The position numbers and the translations under genes are program-made. The notes below the pieces were generated by a model, which was given only the letters and a program-made list of their open reading frames with translations, had not been told where the DNA came from and ran no database searches. From contig JBFMAF010000003.1 in NCBI GenBank assembly GCA_040755995.1, positions 1 to 64,000 of the forward strand: 64,000 nucleotides of DNA, in the 5' to 3' direction. The DNA is from Acidobacteriota bacterium. GTDB taxonomy: Bacteria > Acidobacteriota > CAIWXX01. Numbering within the stretch: the first letter of the stretch is position 1; the number at the start of each line of letters is the position of its first letter. Shown one piece after another: positions 29,517 through 40,834 of this stretch.

Positions 29517-30821
29517 ATGATCCAACATACGGAGAGCAAGATGTTCGAGGGGGCCGAAGGGAGGAAGCTTGCCTGGAAGGTGCTCATCGCGAGCCTGGCG
29601 GGGAGCTCCGTGGAATGGTACGACTTCTTCCTGTACGGCACGGTGTCGTCGCTGGTCTTCTCCAAGATCTTCTTCCCGAGCTTCGATCCGAAGACCGGGC
29701 TCCTGCTGTCCTACACCTCCTTCGCCATTCCGTTCTTCGTACGCCCGCTCGGCGGCATCTTCTTCAGTCATGTCGGCGATCGCTCCGGCCGCAAGAACAC
29801 GCTGGTAGCCACGCTCTCGCTGATGGGCGGCGCTACGTTTCTCATCGGCCTGCTACCGAGCTACGCCGCGCTGGGATTCTGGGCGCCGCTCATGTTGGTG
29901 CTTCTCCGCATGGTGCAGGGGCTGGGGATCGGTGGGGAGTGGGGTGGGGCGATGCTGCTGGCGGTCGAGTACGCGCCGCCGCGGCTGCGCGGGCTCTTCG
30001 GCAGCGTGCCGCAGATGGGTGTCACCATCGGCATGCTCCTTGGCACGTTCTCCATGTCGCTCATGACATCGCTTCCTGAGGATCAGTTCATGAGCTGGGG
30101 ATGGCGGATACCGTTCATCCTCAGCATCCTGTTGGTTGCGATCGGGTTGGCGATCCGCAAGGGCATAGGCGAGACGCCGGTCTTCCAGCAGGCGAAATCC
30201 AAGGGGCAGATTGCACGCGTTCCGCTGATCGATACGCTGCGCTACCAGTGGCGGTCGGTGCTGGTGGCGGTTGGAGCCAAGGTCGTCGAGACCGCGCCCT
30301 TCTACATCTATTCGACTTTCATCATCTCGTACGGCACGATCAATCTCGGCTTCACCAAGGCTCACGTGCTCGACGCGGTCGCCATCGCTACGGCGGTCAC
30401 GACCATCCTGATCCCGCTGATGGGCAGGCTCTCGGACATCGTCGGTCGAAAGATGCTGTACATCTCGGGCGCGGTCGCCATCATCGCCTTTGCGTTCCCG
30501 TATTTCCGTTTGCTGTCGCTCCGGTCCCCATTCTGGTTGATCGTAGCCACAGTGATCGGGCTTGGAATGCTGTGGGCGCCCGTGACGGCCGTGCTCGGCA
30601 CCCTCTTCTCCGAGATCTTCCGGACGGGCGTGCGGTACACCGGCATCACGCTGGGCTACCAGCTGGGCGCTGCCGTGGCCGGCGGCACCGCCCCGCTCGT
30701 CGCCACCGCGCTGCTGCTCGCATACGACGGCTCGTCGACGCCCATTTCGATCTACATGATCGTCACAGGGCTCATCTCGGTCACGGCCGTTGCGCTGGCG
30801 CGGCCTGCTTCGGAGCAGTAG
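29517..30821 (+). CDS. MFS transporter, MHS/ShiA-like
   Basis: EWYDFFLYG, RPLGG, GDRSGRK, GGEWGGA. Confidence 0.9.
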   Translation: MIQHTESKMFEGAEGRKLAWKVLIASLAGSSVEWYDFFLYGTVSSLVFSKIFFPSFDPKTGLLLSYTSFAIPFFVRPLGGIFFSHVGDRSGRKNTLVATLSLMGGATFLIGLLPSYAALGFWAPLMLVLLRMVQGLGIGGEWGGAMLLAVEYAPPRLRGLFGSVPQMGVTIGMLLGTFSMSLMTSLPEDQFMSWGWRIPFILSILLVAIGLAIRKGIGETPVFQQAKSKGQIARVPLIDTLRYQWRSVLVAVGAKVVETAPFYIYSTFIISYGTINLGFTKAHVLDAVAIATAVTTILIPLMGRLSDIVGRKMLYISGAVAIIAFAFPYFRLLSLRSPFWLIVATVIGLGMLWAPVTAVLGTLFSEIFRTGVRYTGITLGYQLGAAVAGGTAPLVATALLLAYDGSSTPISIYMIVTGLISVTAVALARPASEQ

Positions 30822-30895
30822 GAATCGTCCGATCAAGACAGGCGAGCCGCCGAGCTCAGCGAGCCCGCCATTCGCCGATTCGCCGATTTCTGCGT

Positions 30896-30924
30896 TTGAC
30901 GGAATTCTACATTTGTGGTATAAA
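30896..30924 (+). promoter_or_regulatory. Putative sigma70 promoter
   Basis: TTGACG-17-TATAAA with extended TG. Confidence 0.6.
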
Positions 30925-31166
30925 CGCCCTCGGATGTGGCAGGCGCGATCGCAAGAATGCGGCCTGGCGACATTCGCTCTTAGTTCTCACATGCTGAGTA
31001 GGTCCTTGGATGTTGCCTGTTCCTGAACGCGGAGGATCTCCAGTTTTCCGGTATCGCTGCGGGTCCATCGCTGGGTCTGCAGCCAGCTACATTGGCGAGA
31101 TTCGAGAAGCAGTTCGACCAGAAACAACGCGGCGCAGGGGTCGCAATTCCAGCTCAGGAGGAGCTC

Positions 31167-31913
31167 ATGATTGATCGAACCAGGCGGAAACAGACGTTCT
31201 TGCTCGCTGGCGCACTCATCTTGGGGCTTGGCATGCTGGCCGTGCTTGTGCCCGGCAAGGTGACGAGTGCACCACCTGACGAAGCACCCGAGGGGATTCT
31301 CATCTCCGATCCTATCCCGGGCACCCAGACCGACCAGCAGTACTACGACCCCACCGTGCAGGCAAGCTTCAACGGCACTGCGGGGCGAGACGCCTTCGAG
31401 GGGGCGGCGCACTTCAGGTTCCCCCCTATCAAGGCAGGGTATCTGGAGATAGAGTACAAGGAGATAAGACTTGTGCAAAAGGGTCCCAGATGGCCGATAA
31501 TCCTCGAGTTCAGCAATGGGCTGTCGGGGGCGGCGCGCAACCTGTACAACTACTCCAGGGTGGAGACGCGTACCAAGAGGCAGATCATCATGATGGGACT
31601 GTGCTGGATGTACAAGTGCGACCCCAATGGTAACTACACGAACTGGCCTAGCCCGACGGGTGCGGATGGATGGTATGTCTTCACCGTGAAGTGGGATGAG
31701 AGAACCTGCGGGATCTACACAGGGAAGGGTACATCCGCGAAACTCGTCAAGAGCCTGCCTAACAAGCTCGGCAACTCGCCTTTCAAGGGTAAATGCCTGA
31801 ACCCAGGGGCCACAAAGGGGACCTTCGTCGCCTCCGCGCTGGATATCCCCGGTTCCCAGAGTACTGTGAAGACGTATGTCTTCAAGAACCTGCTGCTGTA
31901 CAAAGAACGATAA
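31167..31913 (+). CDS. Hypothetical secreted protein
   Basis: AGGAGG RBS, signal peptide, beta-rich mature region. Confidence 0.7.
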   Translation: MIDRTRRKQTFLLAGALILGLGMLAVLVPGKVTSAPPDEAPEGILISDPIPGTQTDQQYYDPTVQASFNGTAGRDAFEGAAHFRFPPIKAGYLEIEYKEIRLVQKGPRWPIILEFSNGLSGAARNLYNYSRVETRTKRQIIMMGLCWMYKCDPNGNYTNWPSPTGADGWYVFTVKWDERTCGIYTGKGTSAKLVKSLPNKLGNSPFKGKCLNPGATKGTFVASALDIPGSQSTVKTYVFKNLLLYKER

Positions 31914-32222
31914 GTCAGCGGCAAGCAATCAGGGGAGTCCTGCCGCCCGGGAGTCCCGGATCGAGGGATAGGGCCTCCCGGGCTAGATACTCTCCATCTC
32001 CGATTTCGAATTGTGGATATCGGATCGGGTCCATTCAGAGCTGGTCCGGGATCCATGTTCTGAAATCCCACACCGAGGCCCCGCCTCCGGCGGAGGTGGC
32101 AGGTCGAGGTTCCTAGTGACTCTACGAGTCGCGCATCGGGCGCAATACCACCATCTCGGTGGTTTCGCACGGTGGATTGGATTCTTGGATGGCAGTGGGC
32201 GCGAATCAGGAAGCTCGACTCG

Positions 32223-33398
32223 ATGACCGTCCTCTTCATCTCGCCGGCGCCGTTCTACCAGGAACGGGGGACGCCGATCGCAATTGACCGGATCTTGAGG
32301 GTGTTGTCCGAGCGCGGAGAGCGAGTGGATGTCCTCACGAATCACCTGGGGCGCAACGTAGACTATCCGAACGTCACAATTCACCGCACGGCAGCCCTGC
32401 CGTTCATTCGCAACATCAGGCCGGGCTTCTCGTGGAACAAGGTGCTCTGCGACGTTCTCATACTCGCCAAAGCGATCCGGCTCGTGCTCAGGAAGCGCCC
32501 GCATCTGGTGCACGCAGTAGAGGAGGCGGTCTTCATCGCTGTTGCGCTCAGAGGGTTCTTCCGGATTCCCTATGTGTATGACATGGATTCGTCGATTCCG
32601 GACAAGCTCGTCGAGCAGTACAGTTGGCTGCGCCATTTCTGGCATGTCTTCATGTACCTGGTGGGACGCGCCGTACGGCATGCCGAGGCGGTAGTACCGG
32701 TCTGCGACGCCATAGCCGCCGTTATCGAGAAGTATGAGCCCAAGAAAGTGCTGGTGTTGCCCGATTTTTCGCTGCTCGACCGGGCGGAACCGGGGGCCGT
32801 CGAGGATCTCAGGTTGCGACTCGGAATCGGCGGGCTCCTCATGATGTACGTCGGGAATCTCGAGATCTACCAGGGGATCGACCTGCTTCTAGACAGCTAC
32901 GCCGTGCTGCTCCGGCAGCCGGATAGCGCGGACCTGGTGGTGATCGGCGGAGACCCGGCCGGCATCGTTCGCTATCAGCAGAAGTCCCGCGATCTCGGCA
33001 TTGCGGAGAGGGTGCACTTCATCGGGCCGAGACCTGTCGAACACCTTTCAGCCTACCTGTCCCAGGCGGACATACTCGTCTCGCCGAGGATCAGAGGAAG
33101 CAACACTCCGATGAAGATCTACTCGTACCTGGACAGTGGGAAGCCTGTCGCAGCAACCGATCTCCCGACGCACACGCAGGTTCTCACCGCCGAAGTGGCG
33201 GTGCTCTCCGGGCCGACGCCGGAGGAATTCGCGGGCGGAATACGGCGTCTGGTGGAGGATGCTGCCTTGAGGGCCCGGCTGGGGCAGGCGGGCAGGCGGC
33301 TGATCGCGGAAAAGTACAACGAAGCGGTATTCCGCGATCGTGTCAACGAGCTGTACGATTGGCTGGAGAGAAAGGCAGCAGGGCCCGGGAGCCGCTGA
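32223..33398 (+). CDS. Glycosyltransferase family 4
   Basis: YVGNLEIYQGIDLL, ADILVSPR, NTPMKIYSYLDSGKPVAATD. Confidence 0.9.
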   Translation: MTVLFISPAPFYQERGTPIAIDRILRVLSERGERVDVLTNHLGRNVDYPNVTIHRTAALPFIRNIRPGFSWNKVLCDVLILAKAIRLVLRKRPHLVHAVEEAVFIAVALRGFFRIPYVYDMDSSIPDKLVEQYSWLRHFWHVFMYLVGRAVRHAEAVVPVCDAIAAVIEKYEPKKVLVLPDFSLLDRAEPGAVEDLRLRLGIGGLLMMYVGNLEIYQGIDLLLDSYAVLLRQPDSADLVVIGGDPAGIVRYQQKSRDLGIAERVHFIGPRPVEHLSAYLSQADILVSPRIRGSNTPMKIYSYLDSGKPVAATDLPTHTQVLTAEVAVLSGPTPEEFAGGIRRLVEDAALRARLGQAGRRLIAEKYNEAVFRDRVNELYDWLERKAAGPGSR

Positions 33399-33524
33399 CG
33401 GGGCGCGTGTTCGTGGACGCGCGCTGAGACATGCCAAGCCGCCGGCAGGCGGCGCAGTATTGTCGTCCGCGTCCACCAACAGATGGTGCCCGCACACGCG
33501 ACTTTGCCCATGCGGGCATTCCTG

Positions 33525-33587
33525 CAATACGGCGCGTCACACACCGCATGGACCTGTTGAATATGTTGCGGACTTGTGACGCGCTGT
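33525..33587. repeat. 63-bp inverted-repeat element, copy B (overlaps TTGCGG-17-TAGAAT promoter)
   Basis: GCGCGTCACA...TGTGACGCGC arms; homologous to 20013-20075. Confidence 0.8.
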
Positions 33588-33630
33588 GTAGAATCATGCT
33601 TCGCGGGCGGTGATCTTGGAGAGAGATGAA

Positions 33631-35097
33631 ATGGATGTTCTGTTGATACTCCCCCCCGGCGGGTACTACGCCGAGAGATGGCAGAGGGGTTCGCTGCAGC
33701 CGCCGCTGGGTGTACTGTACCTGGGTGCAGTTCTGGAGGAGAACGGTTTTCAGGTCGGGATCATTGACGCGCATGTCGAACGTCTGACGTATGCAGGACT
33801 GGCCGGGAGGGTGTCTGAAGTCGGCCCCAAGATCGTGGGGATCTCGTTCTGTACGGACAACCGGTTCGAGGCGTTTCAGACGATCAGCGAGATTCGGAAG
33901 GCGCTCCCGAAGGTGCCGCTTGTGGTGGGCGGGCCGCATCCATCGCTTGCCGCGCAGGATACGCTCGAAAACATCAGCGGCATTGACTACGTCGTGCAGG
34001 GCGAGGGAGAGGTCTCGTTCCTGAAGCTGGTGAGAGCCATTCTCGGCAACAAGGAGGAGGTGTCCGGCATCGCAGGCGTGTCGTACCGGAAGAACGGCAA
34101 CATCGTCCACAACCCGGGGCACGAATTCATCCTCGACCTCGACAAGGTCCCATTCCCTGCCCGGCATCTCATCCCGTGGAAGAAGTACAACTTCACGATG
34201 GAGGTCCCTGGAAGAGGAGCTCTGCGAGGCGGCACGATCATGGCATCCAGGGGATGTCCCTTCACCTGCAATTTCTGCTCCTCGGCAGAGATGTGGGGAC
34301 GCAAGGTGCGCTTCCGCACGCCGGCCAACATCGTGCAGGAGATCCAGCTGATGAAGGAGAAGCTCGGCGTCCAGGCGCTCTGGTACCTGGACGACGTCTT
34401 CGCGATCAAGAAGCAGCATGCGATGGATCTCTGCAAAGCGATGGTCGAAGCGAAGCTCGACATTCCGTGGATATGCGAGATCAGGGTGGATATCGTCGAC
34501 TTCGAGCTGCTGGAGACGCTGAAGAACACGGGCTGCTACTGCGTCGGCTTCGGCGTCGAGTCCGGCTCGCAGAGAGTGCTCGACCGCGTGGTCCACAAGA
34601 AGATCAAGGTCGAAAAGGTCAGACAGGTCAGAGACTGGTGCCAGAAGCTGGGTTTGATTTCGAATCCGTTCTTTATCTACAGCCATCCAGATGAAACCGA
34701 AGAGGACCTCAGAATGACCCTAGACCTGATCAAGAGCTTCCCCAAGGAGAGCTGGATCGGGATGAAGCTGCTACACATATACCCGGGCACGGAGGTTGAG
34801 CGGATAGCATACGAGAAGGGGATGCTGCCCCGGGATTTCTCGTGGGCGAAGCCGATGGACAAGAGGGTCGAGGTGCTCCCATCCACGCAGGGGGACGTGC
34901 CGATATTCAGAGACAAGCTCTCGTGGGAGCAGCTCGGCCGAGCGATGTTCGAATGGGCGAGCATCCGCAAGTACCCCGTCTGGAAGAAGATACCGACTGT
35001 GCTGAAGGACATCCGCTCTCCGCGGGACATAGCCAGGTACATCTCGCTCGCCTGGAGCTTCCTCGGTTTCAAGCTCGGGTGGGGAGCGAAGGCCTAG
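33631..35097 (+). CDS. Cobalamin-binding radical SAM protein
   Basis: PPLGVLYL, GGPHPS, GEGE, SRGCPFTCNFC, GVESGS, YPGT. Confidence 0.9.
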   Translation: MDVLLILPPGGYYAERWQRGSLQPPLGVLYLGAVLEENGFQVGIIDAHVERLTYAGLAGRVSEVGPKIVGISFCTDNRFEAFQTISEIRKALPKVPLVVGGPHPSLAAQDTLENISGIDYVVQGEGEVSFLKLVRAILGNKEEVSGIAGVSYRKNGNIVHNPGHEFILDLDKVPFPARHLIPWKKYNFTMEVPGRGALRGGTIMASRGCPFTCNFCSSAEMWGRKVRFRTPANIVQEIQLMKEKLGVQALWYLDDVFAIKKQHAMDLCKAMVEAKLDIPWICEIRVDIVDFELLETLKNTGCYCVGFGVESGSQRVLDRVVHKKIKVEKVRQVRDWCQKLGLISNPFFIYSHPDETEEDLRMTLDLIKSFPKESWIGMKLLHIYPGTEVERIAYEKGMLPRDFSWAKPMDKRVEVLPSTQGDVPIFRDKLSWEQLGRAMFEWASIRKYPVWKKIPTVLKDIRSPRDIARYISLAWSFLGFKLGWGAKA

Positions 35098-35137
35098 GGT
35101 CCGGTCCGCGGGGCCCGAGAAACCGGCAGGAGGCTCT

Positions 35138-35932
35138 GTGTCCATGGGTGCAGGATTGAAGGGGTATCACCGCTACAGCGATTACGCGCGCTTCCCCGGG
35201 GGCCGCAAGAAGATCGACTACCTCATGACAGCCATCTCACGGCTGGCAGCCCCGGGTGTCGAAGGCAAGCTGAGGGTACTCGACGTCGGGTGCGGCAACG
35301 GAAGCATCTCGTTCCCGCTGGCAAGCGTCGGGCACCAGGTGATCGGGGTCGACATCGACGAGGCCTCGGTCGCGTACTGTCGCGGACATTCATCTTTTAA
35401 CAATGCCTCGTTCCAATGCGTGCCGGATGGACGCCTGCCGTTCAAGGATTCTTTCGACGTGGTCGTCTGCTCGGAGGTGCTCGAGCATCTCGCAGAACCG
35501 CAGGTGCTCGTCAACGACATGTTCAACGCCCTTCTCCGCGGAGGCTTGCTGCTCATAACAGTGCCGAACGGCTACGGCGCGCGCGAGGTGCTCGGCCGCT
35601 TCGAGAAATTCCTGCGCGTGCGACTCCGCCTCGACGGCCTCGTACGATTGCTCAGGCGCACCGCCGGGATGATGTCGGCCGAAGAGAAACATGCGATGCA
35701 TACGTCGAACCCTGACCAGGAACATGTCCAGAAATTCAAGTGGGGCAGGCTGCGACGCACGCTGGAGCAGTCCGGGCTCACGGTCCTGGAGCAGGTGAAT
35801 TCGTTCGTGATCCTCAGCGTGTTCCTGAGGAAGGGCCGGATCGGAGAACTGGTGGAGCGCGTGGACTGCCGCGCCGCCGATCTGCTTCCGGCATTTATGG
35901 CGAGCGGCTGGTACGTGGCCAGCAGGAAGTAG
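35138..35932 (+). CDS. Class I SAM-dependent methyltransferase
   Basis: VLDVGCGNG, FDVVVCSEVLEHL, LLITVPN. Confidence 0.88.
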   Translation: MSMGAGLKGYHRYSDYARFPGGRKKIDYLMTAISRLAAPGVEGKLRVLDVGCGNGSISFPLASVGHQVIGVDIDEASVAYCRGHSSFNNASFQCVPDGRLPFKDSFDVVVCSEVLEHLAEPQVLVNDMFNALLRGGLLLITVPNGYGAREVLGRFEKFLRVRLRLDGLVRLLRRTAGMMSAEEKHAMHTSNPDQEHVQKFKWGRLRRTLEQSGLTVLEQVNSFVILSVFLRKGRIGELVERVDCRAADLLPAFMASGWYVASRK

Positions 35933-36137
35933 AATCGTCGGCGCTCTCAACAGCGGCGGGGACGCGGTGCGGTCCAGGCGGGTGTTGCCTGGCTCAGCGT
36001 TCCAGATCACCCTGGCGCCTGCGAATGACCATGCCGCGGCCTTTCGCCACGCCGACACCCTCTTGCCTTCTTGCTCGGCGGTGCCCGAAACCAGCCTGTC
36101 TCTTGGTAGAATGTGGGCAGGGTGAGGAGCTGCGATC

Positions 36138-37142
36138 ATGCGAGCGATGATACTCAGAGCACAACGGCAGCCGCTCGAACTGGCGGATCTGCCGGATCCC
36201 AGCCCGGGCGATGGGCAGGTCTTGATCCGGGTTCACGCATGCGGCGTGTGTAGGACGGACCTGCACGTGGTGGACGGCGACCTGAAGGATCCCGTCCTGC
36301 CCGTTGTCCCAGGGCACCAGATCGTCGGGACCGTCTTGGCAGCTGGCCCCGGTGCGAAGGCGTTTGCCGCCGGCGACCGGGTCGGCGTGCCGTGGCTCGG
36401 CGGGAGCTGCGGCGAGTGCCGTTTCTGCCGGTCGGGCCGAGAGAACCTGTGCGACGCGGCGCGTTATACGGGATACCAGATTCACGGAGGCTTCGCCGAA
36501 AGTTGCGTTGCAGACGAGCGCTTCTGCTTTCCGATTCCCGGAGGCTATCCGGACCTGCAGGCAGCTCCGCTGCTCTGCGCCGGCCTGATCGGCTACCGCG
36601 CGTTGCGGATGGCGGGAGACGCCGAGCGCTTGGGGCTCTACGGCTTCGGAGCCGCAGCACACATCGTCGCGCAGGTCGCGGTGTATCAGGGACGCACGGT
36701 CTACGCCTTCACGCGCGTCGGCGACAGGTCGTCGCAGGAGTTCGCGAGAGGCCTTGGAGCGGCCTGGGCCGGAGTCGCCGATGAGCAGCCTCCGGCCCGC
36801 CTGGACGCCGCCATCATTTTTGCGCCGGTCGGCAGCCTGGTGCCCGCAGCGCTGAAGGCGGTTGACAAGGGTGGGGTCGTTGTGTGCGCCGGAATCCACA
36901 TGAGCGACATCCCGTCGTTCCCTTATTCGATTCTATGGGGAGAGCGCGTTGTGCGCTCGGTAGCGAACCTGACGCGCAGAGACGGAGAGGAGTTCCTCGC
37001 GTTGGCACCGAAGGTCCCGGTGAGGACGGAGGTCATCCCGTATCCGCTCGAAGAGGCCGATCAGGCCCTCGAAGACCTGCGCGAAGGTCGCTTCAACGGG
37101 GCGGCGGTAATCGTCACACGCGCTGACGGTCCGGTCCCGTGA
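36138..37142 (+). CDS. Zinc-dependent alcohol dehydrogenase
   Basis: CGVCRTDLH, GHQ, CGECRFC...ENLC, GLYGFG. Confidence 0.92.
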   Translation: MRAMILRAQRQPLELADLPDPSPGDGQVLIRVHACGVCRTDLHVVDGDLKDPVLPVVPGHQIVGTVLAAGPGAKAFAAGDRVGVPWLGGSCGECRFCRSGRENLCDAARYTGYQIHGGFAESCVADERFCFPIPGGYPDLQAAPLLCAGLIGYRALRMAGDAERLGLYGFGAAAHIVAQVAVYQGRTVYAFTRVGDRSSQEFARGLGAAWAGVADEQPPARLDAAIIFAPVGSLVPAALKAVDKGGVVVCAGIHMSDIPSFPYSILWGERVVRSVANLTRRDGEEFLALAPKVPVRTEVIPYPLEEADQALEDLREGRFNGAAVIVTRADGPVP

Positions 37143-37212
37143 GGGCGGTGCAGGGCTAGCGGAGGGCGGGTCGAGCGGGGACGCGGGAGGTAGTTGAGTA
37201 ACTCATTCCACT

Positions 37213-37246
37213 TCTCCGCGTCTCCGTTTCTCCGTATCTCCGCGTC
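37213..37246. repeat. 8-bp tandem repeat (TCTCCGNN x4)
   Basis: TCTCCGCG TCTCCGTT TCTCCGTA TCTCCGCG between convergent genes. Confidence 0.65.
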
Positions 37247-37306
37247 GGTGGCGGAGAGAGCCGGCCCCGCTTGGGAACGAGAGCAGTGTACGATCGCGCT
37301 CTGCCC

Positions 37307-38055
37307 CTACATCGGCGGGTCCATCACGCAGCGGAAGCCTAGCCAGTAGATCCCGATCTGCGATTTCGGATCGGCGGTGCCGCGCTGCGTCAGGCGGCAG
37401 CCTTGCGGGTCGGTGGTGTATGAGCCTCCCCGCAGCATCGCCCGGCCGCGACGGTTGGGTGCCAGGGACATCTGGTCGACGACCTTGTCGAGCGGGTACG
37501 GGTTGAACGGCGAGCCCGTCCACTCGGTGACGTTGCCTGCCATGTCGTAGACGCCGTAGGGACTGACGTCGGAGGAGTATGTGCCGACGGCGGTCGTCGA
37601 CTTCAAGCCTTCCTCCACCGAGTTGCACTTCTTCGGCTGGAACTCCGGTCCCCACGGATAACGCAGCTGCTTCGTGCCGCGCGCGGCCTTCTCCCATTCG
37701 GCCTCGGTGGGCAGCCGCTTGCCGGCCCAGGTGGCGTAGGCGAGGCAGTCGGAGTATGTCAGATTTTGGACGGGATGGTTGCCGAGCTTCTCTCCGGCGT
37801 ACTTGCGCCAGTCGCCCTGGCTCTTGAAGCCGGTTGCGTTCACGAACTTCTCGTAAAGGGCATTGGTGACCTCGTATCTGTCGATGTAGTAGGCCGGCAG
37901 ATCGAGCTCGTGCACCGGCTGCTCGACCTTGACGTCATCGCTGCCCATCTTGAACGGGCCGGCGGGGATCAGGACCATCTCCGCGCCGTCCTTCGTGCTC
38001 GTGATGGTCGACGGAAGTGCGGCTTGCGCCAGGAGGAGGAGACAGAGGCCGAGGA

Positions 38056-38059
<4 letters not shown>
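37307..38059 (-). CDS. FGE-sulfatase (SUMF1/PvdO-like) domain secreted protein
   Basis: Signal peptide, FKMGS, YEVTN, RLPTEAEWEKAARG, DMAGNVTEW, RGGS, GFRC. Confidence 0.9.
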
Positions 38060-39171
<1,112 letters not shown>

Positions 39172-39354
39172 GCCCTCCGTAGTTCGTATTCTCGACCCAT
39201 TATGCTTCAGGACTCCTCGCCGAGACAAGTCGCCTTTGGTCCGTTTCGCTCGACAGATGCCAGCGTTCGGACGAAGCAGCGGGGAACTCGACGCAGTTCC
39301 CCTGCTTTGATGTGCTACAAATGATCTCGCCTGGTAGTGGCGGAGAGGAAGTCC

Positions 39355-39660
39355 ATGAACAGCCAGTATGTCGAGGAGATCGAGGGGGTCTTTCGGGTGA
39401 CCGGCAGCCGCGTCTCGCTGGATTCCATTGTCCATGCTTTCTGGGGCGGACAGACAGCTGAGACCATCGGGCAATCATTTCCTGTGTTGACGCTCGAACA
39501 GGTATACGGAGCCCTTACCTTCTATCTGGCCAACAGCTCGGAGGTGGATGCCCGTCTGGCGAAAGCGGAATCCGAGTTTGAGGCTCTGAGGAGGGCATCC
39601 AGGGAGAAGGACCCGCTCTTTTATCAGAAACTGGCGGACGCGCGCCGCCGGGCCGCGTGA
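39355..39660 (+). CDS. DUF433 protein (VapB45-like antitoxin)
   Basis: GSRVSLDSIV...AETI..SFPVLTLEQVYGALTFY. Confidence 0.85.
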   Translation: MNSQYVEEIEGVFRVTGSRVSLDSIVHAFWGGQTAETIGQSFPVLTLEQVYGALTFYLANSSEVDARLAKAESEFEALRRASREKDPLFYQKLADARRRAA

Positions 39661-39672
39661 GCGCACTTCCTG

Positions 39673-40023
39673 ATGACGGTGCGCTATCAAGCTGACGCCG
39701 ATCTCAATCAGATCATACTCCTGGCGACCGTACGGCGCGCGCCGACTATCGATTTCCAAACGGCGGTTGCTGCCGACCTGGCAGGCGTAATCGACGCTGA
39801 GGTGCTGGCAAGGGCGGCCTTCCAGGGTCGGGTATTGGTCACGCATGACCGAAAGACCGTGCCGCGACGATTCGCTGAATTCATCGCTCGGGAGACCAGC
39901 CCAGGACTTATACTTATTCCGCAATACCTCTCAGTGGCCAGCGCAGCAGAGGACCTTGTCTTGATCTGGTCGGCCTCGGAGGCCGAGGAGTGGATCAACC
40001 GAATAACTGTTCTCCCTCTGTGA
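39673..40023 (+). CDS. DUF5615 PIN-like protein (VapC45-like toxin)
   Basis: YQADADL, DAEVL, GRVLVTHD, SPGLILI. Confidence 0.85.
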   Translation: MTVRYQADADLNQIILLATVRRAPTIDFQTAVAADLAGVIDAEVLARAAFQGRVLVTHDRKTVPRRFAEFIARETSPGLILIPQYLSVASAAEDLVLIWSASEAEEWINRITVLPL

Positions 40024-40144
40024 AGCGACGCCAGTCCCGCTTCCCGTTCGGTTGACAGCGAAACGCTCCGAACGGTCATCGCACGCGCCTTCACGGAGAC
40101 CCAAGATCGCATACACCAGGCCCAGGCAGCCCCGCGGCCGGGGC

Positions 40145-40834
40145 TCACAATAGCGACAGGATCGGCAGCGGGTACTCCTCACGCAGCGTGGCGAGCGCCA
40201 TCTTTTCTACATATGTAGTAAAGGCGTCGTGGGATGAGTATTCCGCCAGGTCGCGCCGCGCCCTTGCGCGAGCCTCCTCGACGACATCCGGCTCCAGCGA
40301 AGCCGGTAGCGCGCGGTCCAGCCCGGCAGCTGCCTTTCCCAGCCATTCCTCGGCCTCGAACACAGATGCATCCGGCCTCGCGCGCCGGAGGTAGCCGGCG
40401 ACCGCAAGCAGCCGGGCGGCTAGTTTCTGGTGGCCGCGCGATTCCGCCGTCGCGGTCGCGGCGTCGAGCTGCTCCAGGAGATCCCGGAGTCGCTGCATGT
40501 GGCCCGAGACTCGACCGAAGTCCGCTTTCCTGCGCCGGCCGCCGGCCCGGCGCGCGCCTGCGCGCAGCTCTTTGTATGCCTCCCACGCGCGCTCCACGTG
40601 GCGGACGGCGAAGTCGAGGTTTCTCGGAGGGACTCTGCGCAGCCGTCCATGGCGCAGGCGAGCGAGGTAGGCCGAGTCGATGCCGGTGAGCACCACCCCG
40701 CGCGGGATCCTCAGGTTCCACCAGGACTGTATGATCTCGTAGTCCCGGGACGAGAGGAAGAGACGGTGGAGGCCGTAACGAAGGCAGTGGGTGGCGAGCG
40801 AGTCCACGTACTCGGACCGCTCGAAGTCTGCCAT
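40145..40834 (-). CDS. Hypothetical protein (DnaD-like N-terminal motif)
   Basis: LSSRDYEIIQSW...IPRGVVLTGID...LDFAVRHVERAW; start overlaps upstream stop. Confidence 0.6.
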   Translation of the reverse strand: MADFERSEYVDSLATHCLRYGLHRLFLSSRDYEIIQSWWNLRIPRGVVLTGIDSAYLARLRHGRLRRVPPRNLDFAVRHVERAWEAYKELRAGARRAGGRRRKADFGRVSGHMQRLRDLLEQLDAATATAESRGHQKLAARLLAVAGYLRRARPDASVFEAEEWLGKAAAGLDRALPASLEPDVVEEARARARRDLAEYSSHDAFTTYVEKMALATLREEYPLPILSLL

